This document shows positions 8,306 through 18,085 of a stretch of DNA of 64,000 nt, piece by piece (position 1 is the first letter of the stretch; the number at the start of each line of letters is the position of its first letter). This DNA is from a bacterium (GTDB lineage Bacteria; Bacteroidota; Bacteroidia; NS11-12g; UBA955). The notes under the pieces were generated by a model that had not been told where the DNA came from, did not search any database, and saw only the letters and a program-made list of their open reading frames with translations. The DNA is taken from NCBI GenBank assembly GCA_029945665.1, contig JAQSCZ010000100.1, positions 10,584 to 74,583 of the forward strand. Reading direction: 5' to 3'. The position numbers were made by a program, and so were the translations under genes.

Positions 8306-10717
8306 TTATTTCAAACGCACCAGGGTGACACCATCTCCGCCAAGCTGGTCGCTTTCGTGTTCAAAATGTTTCACCAGTGCATTGCTTTTTAATTGTTCTA
8401 AAATTAATTTTCGGAGAATACCAAACCCTCGTCCATGCACTACCTTCAAATTGGTATGACCCAAAAGATGAGCGTCTTCTAGCCATTGTTGCAATTTCAA
8501 AATAGCTTCCTCACCGCGCACGCCTCTGACATCTAAATCAAGACTAAAACTACTTTGTTTTTCGAATAAACGGGTGTCAAAAGTTGCAATTTTAGATTCC
8601 TTTTTCTGGGCTGTTTTACTTGTTTTATGCAGTTCCGATAAGGCTACCCACATTTTCATTGCGCCAAATAACACCTGTGCCTTTTCTTTTTTTATAGCTA
8701 AAATTTCTCCAGATACATTGTTGTCATTTTGTTTCACCATATCACCAACTTTTAACGGTTCATTGCTTTTTACAATTGTTTGTTTAGGTTTTATAACAAT
8801 GGATTCATTTTTCACTAAAGTTTCTTTAAAATCGGATAATTCTTTTCTCGCATTTTTTGTTTGATGCTTATCCGCCTTGGCTTGCTGAATGACCTGTATT
8901 GTTTTCTCGATTCTTTGATTGGCAATGGTAACAATTTCTGAAGCTTTAGCTTTGGCTTCATTCAAAATATGTTCCTTATTTTCCGATAGTTTATCTTTTA
9001 AATCGGTATAATCTTCAATCAACTTGTTCAACTTTCCTTCTCGGTCTGCTATTCTTTTATTGGCATCTGTAAGGGCTGCTTTATTCTTTTCATTTTCAGC
9101 AATGAGCTCTTCTAAATCGATTTGTTGCTTCCATTGGCTTATTTTTTTTGCTCTCTCAATAATACTTTTATCAATGCCAACTTTTGATGAGACTTCGAGT
9201 GCAAAGGAACTGCCAGGCTTCCCTAATTCAAGCACAAATAGTGGTTCTAATTTTACAACATCATATACCATTCTGGCATTTTGAACACCGCGTGTATTGC
9301 CAGCCCATGCTTTAAGATTTCCAAAGTGTGTCGTAACAACTCCAAAAGCGTTGCTGTTCAATAGATTTTCGAGTATGGCTTGTGCGATAGTGCTACCAAT
9401 AGAAGGATCGGTTCCATTGCCTAATTCATCAATCAAATACAAAGTCTCACTGTTTGCATTGGCCATCATGAATTTCATGTTCATTAAATGACTACTGTAT
9501 GAGCTTAAGTTATTCTCAATCGATTGGTTATCGCCAATGTCAATAAACAATTGATGGTAATAAGGCATTTTACTTCCATGGTCAACAGGCACAGGCATAC
9601 CCGATTGATACATGTATTGCAAAAGGCCAATTGTTTTAAGTGCAATACTTTTTCCACCTGCATTAGGTCCTGAAATTATAACCATATTACATGCTTCGTC
9701 GACATGGAAATTGAGCGGAATTAATTTTTTATTATCTTTCTGCAACAAAAGATAGAGCAATGGATGTCTTGCATTTATTAAATTAATATCATCCTTCCTT
9801 TGCGCAATTATCGGTTCAATGGCATTCAGTTTGGATGCTAAAATAGATTTTGAGTAGGTGGTATCCAAAAAAACGGTATGTTGAATATGTTGCCAAATAA
9901 TTTGTTTATATGGCGAAAGTTCAGCCGTTATCTGTTTTAAAATGCGTTCAATCTCTTTTTTCTTTTCAAATGAAAGTTCTTTTAAAGCATTGTTCTCTTC
10001 AAAACATTCAATAGGTTCGATGTATAAAAACTTTCCGCTTTGAGAATCATCATGAACAAACCCCTGAATTTTTTTCTTATGCTCGGCGATGATTGGAATT
10101 ACCAACCGTTCATTTCTAATTGTAATTTCAGTATCGCCTGCCCAACCATTTTGTTTGGCTAAATTATATTTAGATAAAAGTATTTTCCGAACATCTTTTT
10201 CCTTAGAACTAATTTGCTTATTGATTTTCCACAACTCTGGCGAAGCATCAGATTTCAACTTTCCCTCTTTGTCAATCACTTTCCCCACTATATTTATTGC
10301 AGGCTGTATGCTCATCAAAGCTGCCTGCGCAGCCTTTAAATGCACAAAACCTGTTTCCATAGCAATCACTGAGTTGTAGTTAGATTGCATTGCCGTAAGG
10401 GCTAAAAACAACTGTTGAAGTTCATCTTCATACAACATGGTGCCTTCTATATCCAATTTCTGAAGAGAATCTATCAAAAAATCCAAATTTTCCGGAAGTT
10501 GTAATACATAACCACTGCTGGTAAGTAATCCGATTTCCCCAATTTGTTTAATACTAACATGGATTTTTTCTGAATCGGTTAGGAAGCTTAATTTATCAAT
10601 GCGCTGCTTCCCCAAATCAGTTTTACAATACTGAATTAATAAATTTTTTATTTTATCGAACCCCAGTTTTTCTTCAATGTTTGGGGGGTATAATTTTACT
10701 GTTTGATTTGTTTTCAA
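8306..10717 (-). CDS. mutS2: Endonuclease MutS2 (MutS domain V ATPase + C-terminal Smr)
   Basis: Walker A ISGPNAGGKS, DELGNGTDP, a coiled-coil middle region and a C-terminal Smr (LDVRGVRGEEA...VVHGRGFGILR). The start is TTG. Confidence 0.92.
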   Translation of the reverse strand: MKTNQTVKLYPPNIEEKLGFDKIKNLLIQYCKTDLGKQRIDKLSFLTDSEKIHVSIKQIGEIGLLTSSGYVLQLPENLDFLIDSLQKLDIEGTMLYEDELQQLFLALTAMQSNYNSVIAMETGFVHLKAAQAALMSIQPAINIVGKVIDKEGKLKSDASPELWKINKQISSKEKDVRKILLSKYNLAKQNGWAGDTEITIRNERLVIPIIAEHKKKIQGFVHDDSQSGKFLYIEPIECFEENNALKELSFEKKKEIERILKQITAELSPYKQIIWQHIQHTVFLDTTYSKSILASKLNAIEPIIAQRKDDINLINARHPLLYLLLQKDNKKLIPLNFHVDEACNMVIISGPNAGGKSIALKTIGLLQYMYQSGMPVPVDHGSKMPYYHQLFIDIGDNQSIENNLSSYSSHLMNMKFMMANANSETLYLIDELGNGTDPSIGSTIAQAILENLLNSNAFGVVTTHFGNLKAWAGNTRGVQNARMVYDVVKLEPLFVLELGKPGSSFALEVSSKVGIDKSIIERAKKISQWKQQIDLEELIAENEKNKAALTDANKRIADREGKLNKLIEDYTDLKDKLSENKEHILNEAKAKASEIVTIANQRIEKTIQVIQQAKADKHQTKNARKELSDFKETLVKNESIVIKPKQTIVKSNEPLKVGDMVKQNDNNVSGEILAIKKEKAQVLFGAMKMWVALSELHKTSKTAQKKESKIATFDTRLFEKQSSFSLDLDVRGVRGEEAILKLQQWLEDAHLLGHTNLKVVHGRGFGILRKLILEQLKSNALVKHFEHESDQLGGDGVTLVRLK

Positions 10718-10746
10718 GGAATGAGGGGCTCTATTTTTTTATTAAA

Positions 10747-11964
10747 TCAATCGCATGTAACACTTCTGAATTGTTCCCAATAGTTAGGGAAGGATTTATT
10801 TACGACCATTTCATTGTCGATGGTGATAGATTTATCGAAGGCAAATAAACTACAAGCCATCGCTATGCGATGGTCATTGTAACTCTTGAAATGATATTCT
10901 TTGGTATAAGAAACATCGAAATCCATAAAAAGTTCATTTTCGTTTATAATTGTTAATTGTGCACCAGTTTGCCTAAGATTGTTCTGCATGGCTAAAATGC
11001 GGTTGCTTTCTTTGATCGTTAAATTCTTTACACCTGTAAAACTTGCCTTTATTTTAAGGAATGCACAAGTGGCTGTAACGACAGGAAACATATCAGGTGT
11101 ATTCGTGAAATCGAAAAAGATGCTATCAGGAAACAGAACTGGATTACTTTGAACGACAACCTTATCTGCAAATTGAGTTGACTCGACTCCCAATTGCTTA
11201 AAAAATAAAATGGCTTCTTTATCACCTTGTTTTGAATTCAAATTCAGATCGGGCAATTCAAATTTACTTGGTCGCAATGCTGCCCAAGCAAACACAAAGC
11301 ATGCAGCACTCCAATCCCCTTCAATTCTAATCGGCAATTTCGTTTTAAATTGACCAGGTTTCACTTTGAATACACCATTGTTATGCGCAACTTCAATACC
11401 ACACTGCTGCATAGCATCTAGTGTTAAGGCGACATAAGGCGCGGAAGAGATTTCGCTGGTTGTAATAATCTCTAAACCATTTGTAAATGCTGGTGCAATC
11501 AATAGCAATGCACTTAAAAACTGACTACTTAATGCACTGTCAATTTCAACTTTGTTACTGCTTAATTCTACCCCTTTTTCTATCTGAATAGGCAAAAACC
11601 CTGATTGCTCTGAATACTTAATTCGACAACCTAGTTGACCAAGTGCATTCACCAAAGGGGCAATCGGACGGGTTTTCAGAACGCCATTCCCTGTTATTAA
11701 GACTTCTTTATCTTTTAATGCTGCAAAAGCTAAATAAAAACGCATTGGTGTTCCTGCATCTTCGAAATCTATAGACGCTTGATTGCTTTTCAAAGCCTGC
11801 TGCAGAAGAATTGTATCGTGGCTATTAGAAATATGATCAAGTTGTATTTCGCCCACTTGGCTCATTGCTTGAATAATTAAAAATCGATGACTGATACTTT
11901 TTGATGTTGGCAGATGAATAACACCATTCAGAGTATCCTTTAAAACTGCCGAAATCTTAAGCAT
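10747..11964 (-). CDS. aroA: 3-phosphoshikimate 1-carboxyvinyltransferase (EPSP synthase)
   Basis: PTSKSISHRFLI, EDAGTPMRFY, LKTRPIAPLV and NDHRIAMA motifs. 405 aa. Confidence 0.9.
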   Translation of the reverse strand: MLKISAVLKDTLNGVIHLPTSKSISHRFLIIQAMSQVGEIQLDHISNSHDTILLQQALKSNQASIDFEDAGTPMRFYLAFAALKDKEVLITGNGVLKTRPIAPLVNALGQLGCRIKYSEQSGFLPIQIEKGVELSSNKVEIDSALSSQFLSALLLIAPAFTNGLEIITTSEISSAPYVALTLDAMQQCGIEVAHNNGVFKVKPGQFKTKLPIRIEGDWSAACFVFAWAALRPSKFELPDLNLNSKQGDKEAILFFKQLGVESTQFADKVVVQSNPVLFPDSIFFDFTNTPDMFPVVTATCAFLKIKASFTGVKNLTIKESNRILAMQNNLRQTGAQLTIINENELFMDFDVSYTKEYHFKSYNDHRIAMACSLFAFDKSITIDNEMVVNKSFPNYWEQFRSVTCD

Positions 11965-12964
11965 TCAATAATATTTTTTGAATCTGTTTCAAATCTACAG
12001 CAACCTTCACTTTACCACTCCCAACGCCAAGGGGCAACGAAAAATTAATTTCTTCCTTTAGATTCTTTTTATCCATTTTTAAAAGTGGAGCAATGGCTTG
12101 AATATCTTCTGTGCTAAGTTCTGTTTGCTCTGTTCGCTTTGCAATGCAATTGATTATAAGATTTAGTTCATTCTCATTTATCATATTTAAAGCGTAGGCT
12201 ATGCGGGTTTCGGCCATCATTCCTTTTGCAATTGCCAAACCATGACGAATTGGTTGATCAATATTCAAACGATAGGATTCAAAAGCATGACCAATTGTAT
12301 GTCCAAAATTAAGCAATTGCCTTTCGTGTTTATCCAACAAATCGCGTTCAGTAATTTCCCATTTTGTTTGCGCGGTTAAATGAATTAATTTTTCAACCTC
12401 TGTTCCATTATTTAATGCTTCAAACAATTCGGCATTCGCAATTACACCTGTTTTAATCATTTCGGCAATGCCGCTTTTAAGTTCTTCTTTTGGCAAAGTT
12501 TTTAAAAAAACCGGATCGATTAAAATCATTTCTGGCAAAGCAAAAGTGCCCAAATAGTTTTTATGTAGCAAAAAATCAACACCTGTTTTACCTCCAATAC
12601 TTGCATCTACCATTGCTAAAAGTGTTGTAGGAATATTTAAGAATCGGATGCCTCGCATGTATGTTGAGCCTGCAAAGCCGCCAATATCAGACACAACTCC
12701 ACCTCCCAGATTTACTATTAATGAAGATTTATTGGCCTTTAAATAAATAAGATTTTTGATGATAAAACTATAAGTATCTATGTCCTTATTTATTTCACCT
12801 GATGGAATTACAATTATATTGCGAAAATCGTCAAATAAGGTCAAGCAATGTTTCTCGGTATTAACATCACAAATAACAATGACTTCTTCGATGCCCTCGG
12901 CTAAACAGTAGTTGTTAAAACTATTTTTTACATTTTCACTATAAAAAATTTGACCTTTGGCCAT
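11957..12964 (-). CDS. aroB: 3-dehydroquinate synthase
   Basis: GGGVVSDIGGFAGSTYMRGIRFLNIPTTLLAMVDASIGGKTGV and NFGHTIGHAFE are present. It overlaps aroA by 8 nt. Confidence 0.9.
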   Translation of the reverse strand: MAKGQIFYSENVKNSFNNYCLAEGIEEVIVICDVNTEKHCLTLFDDFRNIIVIPSGEINKDIDTYSFIIKNLIYLKANKSSLIVNLGGGVVSDIGGFAGSTYMRGIRFLNIPTTLLAMVDASIGGKTGVDFLLHKNYLGTFALPEMILIDPVFLKTLPKEELKSGIAEMIKTGVIANAELFEALNNGTEVEKLIHLTAQTKWEITERDLLDKHERQLLNFGHTIGHAFESYRLNIDQPIRHGLAIAKGMMAETRIAYALNMINENELNLIINCIAKRTEQTELSTEDIQAIAPLLKMDKKNLKEEINFSLPLGVGSGKVKVAVDLKQIQKILLNA

Positions 12965-13884
12965 TATCCTTTTATTTTATCATAAAATAACTTGTTGGCA
13001 GGGTCCATCCTAGAAAGCAAATCAACCGCTTTATTTTGTTCAGCTGTTGGTGCTTCTTTAAAAATCTCTATCAGCTCCTTGTATTTCGCATTAAAAAAGA
13101 CTTTTACAAGCATGCTATTTGGGAAAATACGGGCTAATTCTTGAAAATCTTCCAAGGATTTGAATATAGCATCTCGACCTTTGGTAACATCTTTATGCAT
13201 TAGGTCAAGTCCATTCAAATGGTAGTCAAAAAAAGCTTTTCTTAGTGGTTTGTATCGCTCGCTCATTAAGTTATCAATTAAATAAAATCGATTCTTTAAA
13301 CTTTTACCATCACTTGGGCGCCATCCATTTAAGGCTTGACTGGCATTTAAAATCTCCCTTGATTTTTGAAAGTAATTTGTCCCCGCATTGAGGGCATACG
13401 AATCATAGTTCATTCCAAGCACTACATTTACATAAAAAGCCAATACACCTGTTAGGTTATAGACGTTTGAACCCACTTGATATTCCATCGCTTGAAATTC
13501 CTGGTATTGAAAATCTAGTTCTTCATCCAACTGATTAAACAAAACTGTTGAATAGGTGCTGCCATAGACCGGTCGGGTTGCTTGAATTTGAATAGTACCT
13601 GAAAAGTTATTTGAGTTTAATTCATAATTTTTAATATCAATCAGGATATTCATTTTAAAACGCTCTATGTTAGTGATTTTATCCGCACACCATAAACGTT
13701 GATTGATAAACTGAGAAATAGAGCCTTTCAAAGATTCAAAAATCTGTGTATTGGAAATTTGTACAGTGGGGTGAATAACAGTTATTGTTGCGTCAATATC
13801 TTGCGCATTTAAACTATTGAAACAGATTAAAACACCCAATAACAAGGTGTTTCGAAAATTGGTTATAACATTTTTAATACACAT
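12964..13884 (-). CDS. DUF4835-family protein (some annotations name this family T9SS PorD)
   Basis: A signal peptide is followed by DATITVIHPTVQISNTQIFESLKGSISQFINQRLW, which resembles the DUF4835 N-terminus. The position next to coaBC is conserved in Flavobacteriia. Confidence 0.6.
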   Translation of the reverse strand: MCIKNVITNFRNTLLLGVLICFNSLNAQDIDATITVIHPTVQISNTQIFESLKGSISQFINQRLWCADKITNIERFKMNILIDIKNYELNSNNFSGTIQIQATRPVYGSTYSTVLFNQLDEELDFQYQEFQAMEYQVGSNVYNLTGVLAFYVNVVLGMNYDSYALNAGTNYFQKSREILNASQALNGWRPSDGKSLKNRFYLIDNLMSERYKPLRKAFFDYHLNGLDLMHKDVTKGRDAIFKSLEDFQELARIFPNSMLVKVFFNAKYKELIEIFKEAPTAEQNKAVDLLSRMDPANKLFYDKIKG

Positions 13885-14531
13885 TCTGCAATATCTTTGG
13901 CTACTTCAACTTTAGTTTTTAATGGAAACTCAAAAATAGCACCATTTTTTAAAATTATTGTAATTTGATTGGTTTCATGTTGAAAACCGGCTCCATTATT
14001 ATTCAAAGTATTTAGAACGATGGCATCTGCCTTTTTATTGTGTAATTTGATTTTTGCATTTTCAAGTTCGTTATTATTTTCAAGTGCAAAACCTACGACG
14101 ATTTGGCCAGCATTTTTTATATCCCCTAGGCTAGCTAAAATATCAGGATTTTTAACCAATTCTAAAGTAAGGCTTTCGTCTTTCTTTTTAATTTTGTTCG
14201 CACTGTATTCAGCAGGGCGATAATCTGCAACTGCAGCGGCCATAATTGCGATGTCCATTTGGGGAAATACTTGCATGCAAGCATCATACATTTGAATGGC
14301 CGATTCTATGAATATTACCTTAATATTGGGATGGTTCGTACTAATATGAACTGGACCAGATACCAGTGTTATATCTGCGCCCATATCAGCAAGTACTTCG
14401 GCCAAAGCATAGCCCATTTTACCACTCGAATAATTCCCAATGTATCTAACAGGGTCAATTTTTTCGTAGGTTGGTCCGGCTGTGATTAATACTTTTTTGC
14501 CGAAAAAAGAAAGGTTAGGTAAGGTGCTCAA
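13863..14531 (-). CDS. coaB: Phosphopantothenate-cysteine ligase (CoaB half of CoaBC), as a separate ORF
   Basis: GKKVLITAGPTYEKIDPVRYIGNYSSGKMG and AAAVADYRP are present. The only initiator ahead of the conserved motif is TTG at 14531, which overlaps the CoaC ORF by 17 nt. Confidence 0.75.
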   Translation of the reverse strand: MSTLPNLSFFGKKVLITAGPTYEKIDPVRYIGNYSSGKMGYALAEVLADMGADITLVSGPVHISTNHPNIKVIFIESAIQMYDACMQVFPQMDIAIMAAAVADYRPAEYSANKIKKKDESLTLELVKNPDILASLGDIKNAGQIVVGFALENNNELENAKIKLHNKKADAIVLNTLNNNGAGFQHETNQITIILKNGAIFEFPLKTKVEVAKDIAECVLKML

Positions 14532-15060
14532 TTATTTTATTTAAAATTATTTCCGGTTCTGCTAATCGTCCTTTTCCATTCAATCCACTTGCTAATTCAC
14601 CGACTTCGGCATCTATAAGTTGATTGCCATAAGAAGTAAGCAATTGAATGTTTTTTTGAACTGCTGGATGTAAATACATGTCCAAATCCATTGCTGGAGC
14701 GAAAAATACAGGACATTTTGCTGATAGATAAGTTGCAGTTAATAAATTATCACAAAAACCATTTGCCATTTTTGCTATTGTATTGGCACTGGCAGGCGCC
14801 ACAACCATCACATCGGCCCACATACCCAATTCAACATGATTATGCCATTGACCATTTTCGTTGATATAAAAATCAGACAAAACGGGATTCTTGCTCAGTG
14901 TTGACAAGGTAACAGGAGCAATAAACTCCTTTGCAGCAGAAGTCATAATAACTTTTACTTCGGCCTGCTCCTTAATAAGTAAACGTATCAAATAGGCTGC
15001 TTTATAAGCTGCAATACTTCCTGATACCCCTAGAAGAATATGTTTATTCTTCAGCCTCAT
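14515..15060 (-). CDS. coaC: Phosphopantothenoylcysteine decarboxylase flavoprotein (CoaC half of CoaBC), as a separate ORF
   Basis: ILLGVSGSIAAYKA, PAMDLDMY and GRLAEPEII are present. I chose the ATG at 15060 (MRLKNKHILLG); the longest ORF start at 15111 would overlap rpoZ by 68 nt. Confidence 0.8.
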   Translation of the reverse strand: MRLKNKHILLGVSGSIAAYKAAYLIRLLIKEQAEVKVIMTSAAKEFIAPVTLSTLSKNPVLSDFYINENGQWHNHVELGMWADVMVVAPASANTIAKMANGFCDNLLTATYLSAKCPVFFAPAMDLDMYLHPAVQKNIQLLTSYGNQLIDAEVGELASGLNGKGRLAEPEIILNKIIEHLT

Positions 15061-15367
15061 TTTCAGGCAAACGATAATAAATTTTACCGTCAATGAATTC
15101 TTGCGTAGCAACTAATGTTGCCTTGGGGATTTTTTCATAGTATGCGCTAATTTCAATTTGCTCTCTGTTTTCATGCACTTCTTCAAGATTATCATGGTCG
15201 GTTGCAAATTCAGCTAATTTACCAGACAACTCTTCTTTTACTTGTGCTGAAATTTGATTAGCTCTTTTGGCAATTACAACTGCAGATAAATACAAATTAC
15301 CAGAAATTGCTTCCAGTTCTTTTAAATTACGGGCCTCGGCACTTGAGGATATTTTGGTATCTTTCAT
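15044..15367 (-). CDS. rpoZ: DNA-directed RNA polymerase subunit omega
   Basis: 107 aa. GNLYLSAVVIAKRANQISAQVKEEL is present. The position between bamD and coaBC is conserved in Bacteroidota. Confidence 0.7.
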   Translation of the reverse strand: MKDTKISSSAEARNLKELEAISGNLYLSAVVIAKRANQISAQVKEELSGKLAEFATDHDNLEEVHENREQIEISAYYEKIPKATLVATQEFIDGKIYYRLPENEAEE

Positions 15368-15377
15368 TATGATGATA

Positions 15378-16175
15378 TTATTTTTGTTTATGTTTGGTTA
15401 ATTCTTTTGATGCTTTTGCATTCAACTCTTCGGCTGGTTTGTAAAATTTATTAGTGACCCCATGATTGCTAGCAAACTCTTTAAACTCTTTAAATACTGC
15501 TTGATAACGCTCTTCCTTTTTATCATCGATGCTATATCTGGCATACATATAGGCGGATTTAACAATCATAAATTCTATTTCGTCCTTATTCTCAATATCT
15601 GGAAAATCCTTTATGGCATTCTTAAATGAGATGGAAGCAGCTCTGAAGTCTTCAATCTTGTAGAACAACATGGCCGTTTCGAATGATTTTTTTTGTAATA
15701 TCTTTCTTAATTCGGCAATTTGCTCATTGCATAAATCGCGGTAAATGGTGGTCGGAAATTGGTTCAAAAAAATCTGCATTTCCGCAATTGCTTTCTCAGT
15801 GGTTACCTGCTCTAAATAATAAGGCATGGCATCCCGATATAAACAATGGACATACATATAACTGCACTCTTCAGAATGTTTGCTTTTAAAATAATTCTCG
15901 GTGTAGTTTTTAAAATGAAAGGAGGCCAATTCAAATTGTCCAAGACCAAAATAACAGTAACAGTAATAAAAATAAATTTCTTCGGCTTTTTCTTTCCCTC
16001 TGTATGCTGTCAATAATTCCTCGAGTAAAGGCAGGGCGCGCACATAATCCTTTTTCTTATATTTTTCTATGGCCATGTCATACTTCTGATCGAGGGTTCC
16101 CTTTTTTATCACCTTGGCATACTCGGTGCAGGAACTCAAAAGTGTTATGGTTAATATGAATAATAGGGGACGCAT
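15378..16175 (-). CDS. bamD: Outer membrane protein assembly factor BamD (TPR lipoprotein)
   Basis: The ATG at 16175 gives MRPLLFILTITLLSSC (lipobox). TPR-like repeats are present and the gene is syntenic with rpoZ. A -7 box inside the longer ORF supports the shorter start. Confidence 0.7.
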   Translation of the reverse strand: MRPLLFILTITLLSSCTEYAKVIKKGTLDQKYDMAIEKYKKKDYVRALPLLEELLTAYRGKEKAEEIYFYYCYCYFGLGQFELASFHFKNYTENYFKSKHSEECSYMYVHCLYRDAMPYYLEQVTTEKAIAEMQIFLNQFPTTIYRDLCNEQIAELRKILQKKSFETAMLFYKIEDFRAASISFKNAIKDFPDIENKDEIEFMIVKSAYMYARYSIDDKKEERYQAVFKEFKEFASNHGVTNKFYKPAEELNAKASKELTKHKQK

Positions 16176-16188
16176 AGCTACTAATTTG

Positions 16189-16196
16189 CAAAAATA
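16189..16196 (-). promoter_or_regulatory. Candidate -7 box TATTTTTG for bamD
   Basis: Exact TAnnTTTG on the minus strand, 13 nt upstream of ATG 16175. Confidence 0.45.
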
Positions 16197-16228
16197 ATAC
16201 ATTTATAACGATTATTTATCAAATAATG

Positions 16229-16918
16229 TTACAATAAGCCTTCATCCGCAAAACTAAAATATTGTTTTTGTGTGATAATTAAATGATCCATCAGATTTAT
16301 ATCAAGCGTTCTGCCCGCAGCTTTAATTTTATTGGTTATTTCTCGGTCTTGTTCGCTCGGTGATAAATTCCCTGATGGATGGTTATGGCAAACGATGATG
16401 CCAGTAGCAAGATGTTCGAGTGCAAATTTAAAAATTTTCTTAGGATCGGCGACTGTGCTTGTGATACCGCCTTCGCTAATTCTAATTTCAGCGGTCACTT
16501 GCCCTGCCCTATTTAAGCAAAGCAACCAAAATTCCTCGTGGTTGAGATCCTGCAAATGGTGCCTCAATATTTCATAGGCATGTTTACTGGTAGTTATCTT
16601 GGGTTTTTCCCTAGCTATTGTTTGCTGTCTTCTACCGGCTAATTCGATAGCAGCAACAATGGTAATAGCCTTTGCTGGGCCAATTCCATCAATTTTACAC
16701 AGTTCATTAACAGAGAGTTTTGCCAATTCATCGAGATTACGATTCGACTTTTCAAGAATTTCTCTTGCCAAATCAATTGCACTTTTTTTTCTGGTTCCAG
16801 TTGATAATAATATTGCTAAAAGCTCTACATTACTGAGAGAACTCTTCCCTTTTAACAATAATTTTTCGCGTGGCTTATCGTCCTCTGCGAGATTTTTAAT
16901 AGAAATAAATTCGGACAT
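16229..16918 (-). CDS. radC: RadC-family JAB/MPN domain protein
   Basis: An N-terminal helix-hairpin-helix (IDGIGPAKA) and a C-terminal JAMM motif VCHNHPSGNLSPSEQD are present. Confidence 0.88.
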   Translation of the reverse strand: MSEFISIKNLAEDDKPREKLLLKGKSSLSNVELLAILLSTGTRKKSAIDLAREILEKSNRNLDELAKLSVNELCKIDGIGPAKAITIVAAIELAGRRQQTIAREKPKITTSKHAYEILRHHLQDLNHEEFWLLCLNRAGQVTAEIRISEGGITSTVADPKKIFKFALEHLATGIIVCHNHPSGNLSPSEQDREITNKIKAAGRTLDINLMDHLIITQKQYFSFADEGLL

Positions 16919-16984
16919 TGGGGTTGCAACATACTGCTAATTTTATTTTCAAAAAAATCAAAATCAATCCCTTTTCAAAAAAAA

Positions 16985-18007
16985 CTAGGTGCCGTAGGCT
17001 CTTATTTTTTCCAAAACAGCCGTAAAATCAGGAGGTAACTGACTTTCGAAATGAATAAACTGTTTGGTTGTTGGATGGATAAAACCTAAGGTTCTAGCAT
17101 GTAAAGCTTGTCTTGGCATTAATTCAAAACAATTTTGAATAAACTGCTCGTATTTAGGCAATTTACTATACTTCTGTATCTTCATGCCGCCATATGCCTC
17201 GTCGGCAAACAGGGGATGACCTAAATGCTTCATGTGGGCCCTAATTTGATGGGTCCTGCCGGTTTCCAATTTACATTCAATTAGTGTGCAGAAACCAAAC
17301 CTTTCCAATACCTTATAATGAGTAACAGAGTGCTTTCCAACAGTCTCATCCATGTATACAGACATTAATTTTCTATCCTTGTGGTCGCGGGCAAGATTCG
17401 CATCAATTGTGCCTTCATTTTCCTTTAAATCGCCCCAAACCAATGCGTTATAGATGCGGCTAATGCTATGATCAAAAAATTGCTTCGCCAAGTACACCAA
17501 AGCGTCTTCTGTTTTGGCAATTAGAATTAACCCACTTGTGTCCTTATCTATTCGATGCACTAAACCTGGGCGCATTTCATCTGAGTAAGCCGGCAATTGT
17601 TGAATATGATATAACAATGCATTTACCAAAGTACCTGTATAGTTATTAAAACCAGGATGCACGACCATGCCTGCATTTTTATTCACCAAAATGATATCAT
17701 TGTCCTCATAAGTAATGACAATTGGAATATTTTCCGCAATTAATTCTGGATTTCGTGGTGGATTTGGTAAAACAACAGTAATAATATCTGTTGGTTTAAC
17801 TTGATAATTGCTTTTAACTTGCTTATCGTTGACTAGGATTGTTCCTAAATCAATGGCCTTTTGAACCTTGGTGCGGGTGGCGTTTTCAATTTTTTGTGTA
17901 ACATATTTATCCAAACGCATCAAGCCCTGACCCTTATCTGCTATAAATCTGAAGTGTTCAAATAATTCCTGATCTTCTAAAAAATTTTCTTCCAATTGAC
18001 TATCCAT
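16985..18007 (-). CDS. rluD: RluA-family pseudouridine synthase (RluD-like)
   Basis: An S4 domain is followed by the catalytic HRIDKDTSGLILIAK and TGRTHQIRAHM. Confidence 0.88.
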   Translation of the reverse strand: MDSQLEENFLEDQELFEHFRFIADKGQGLMRLDKYVTQKIENATRTKVQKAIDLGTILVNDKQVKSNYQVKPTDIITVVLPNPPRNPELIAENIPIVITYEDNDIILVNKNAGMVVHPGFNNYTGTLVNALLYHIQQLPAYSDEMRPGLVHRIDKDTSGLILIAKTEDALVYLAKQFFDHSISRIYNALVWGDLKENEGTIDANLARDHKDRKLMSVYMDETVGKHSVTHYKVLERFGFCTLIECKLETGRTHQIRAHMKHLGHPLFADEAYGGMKIQKYSKLPKYEQFIQNCFELMPRQALHARTLGFIHPTTKQFIHFESQLPPDFTAVLEKIRAYGT

Positions 18008-18015
18008 AAAGTCAG

Positions 18016-18023
18016 CAAAGGTA
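18016..18023 (-). promoter_or_regulatory. Candidate -7 box TACCTTTG for rluD
   Basis: Exact TAnnTTTG on the minus strand, 8 nt upstream of ATG 18007. Confidence 0.4.
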
Positions 18024-18065
18024 GAGGGATATTATTATTTGTAATGAAATAATCGCAACTTTACT

Positions 18066-18073
18066 TATTTTTG
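18066..18073 (+). promoter_or_regulatory. Candidate -7 box TATTTTTG for the SIS isomerase/FAH operon
   Basis: Exact TAnnTTTG, 12 nt upstream of ATG 18086. Confidence 0.4.
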
Positions 18074-18085
18074 CATTAATAAATT

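Noticed and set aside
8574-10379. Four plus-strand ORFs (8574-8864, 9024-9284, 9297-9491, 10089-10379) lie inside the mutS2 locus.
   Set aside because: They lie wholly antisense to a well-supported 803-aa MutS2 gene. They have low-complexity Ser/Phe/Leu-rich translations and no motifs. They are typical shadow ORFs in AT-rich DNA.
16599-16940. A 113-aa plus-strand ORF lies opposite radC.
   Set aside because: It is antisense to the RadC gene, which has HhH and JAMM motifs. No supporting features are present.
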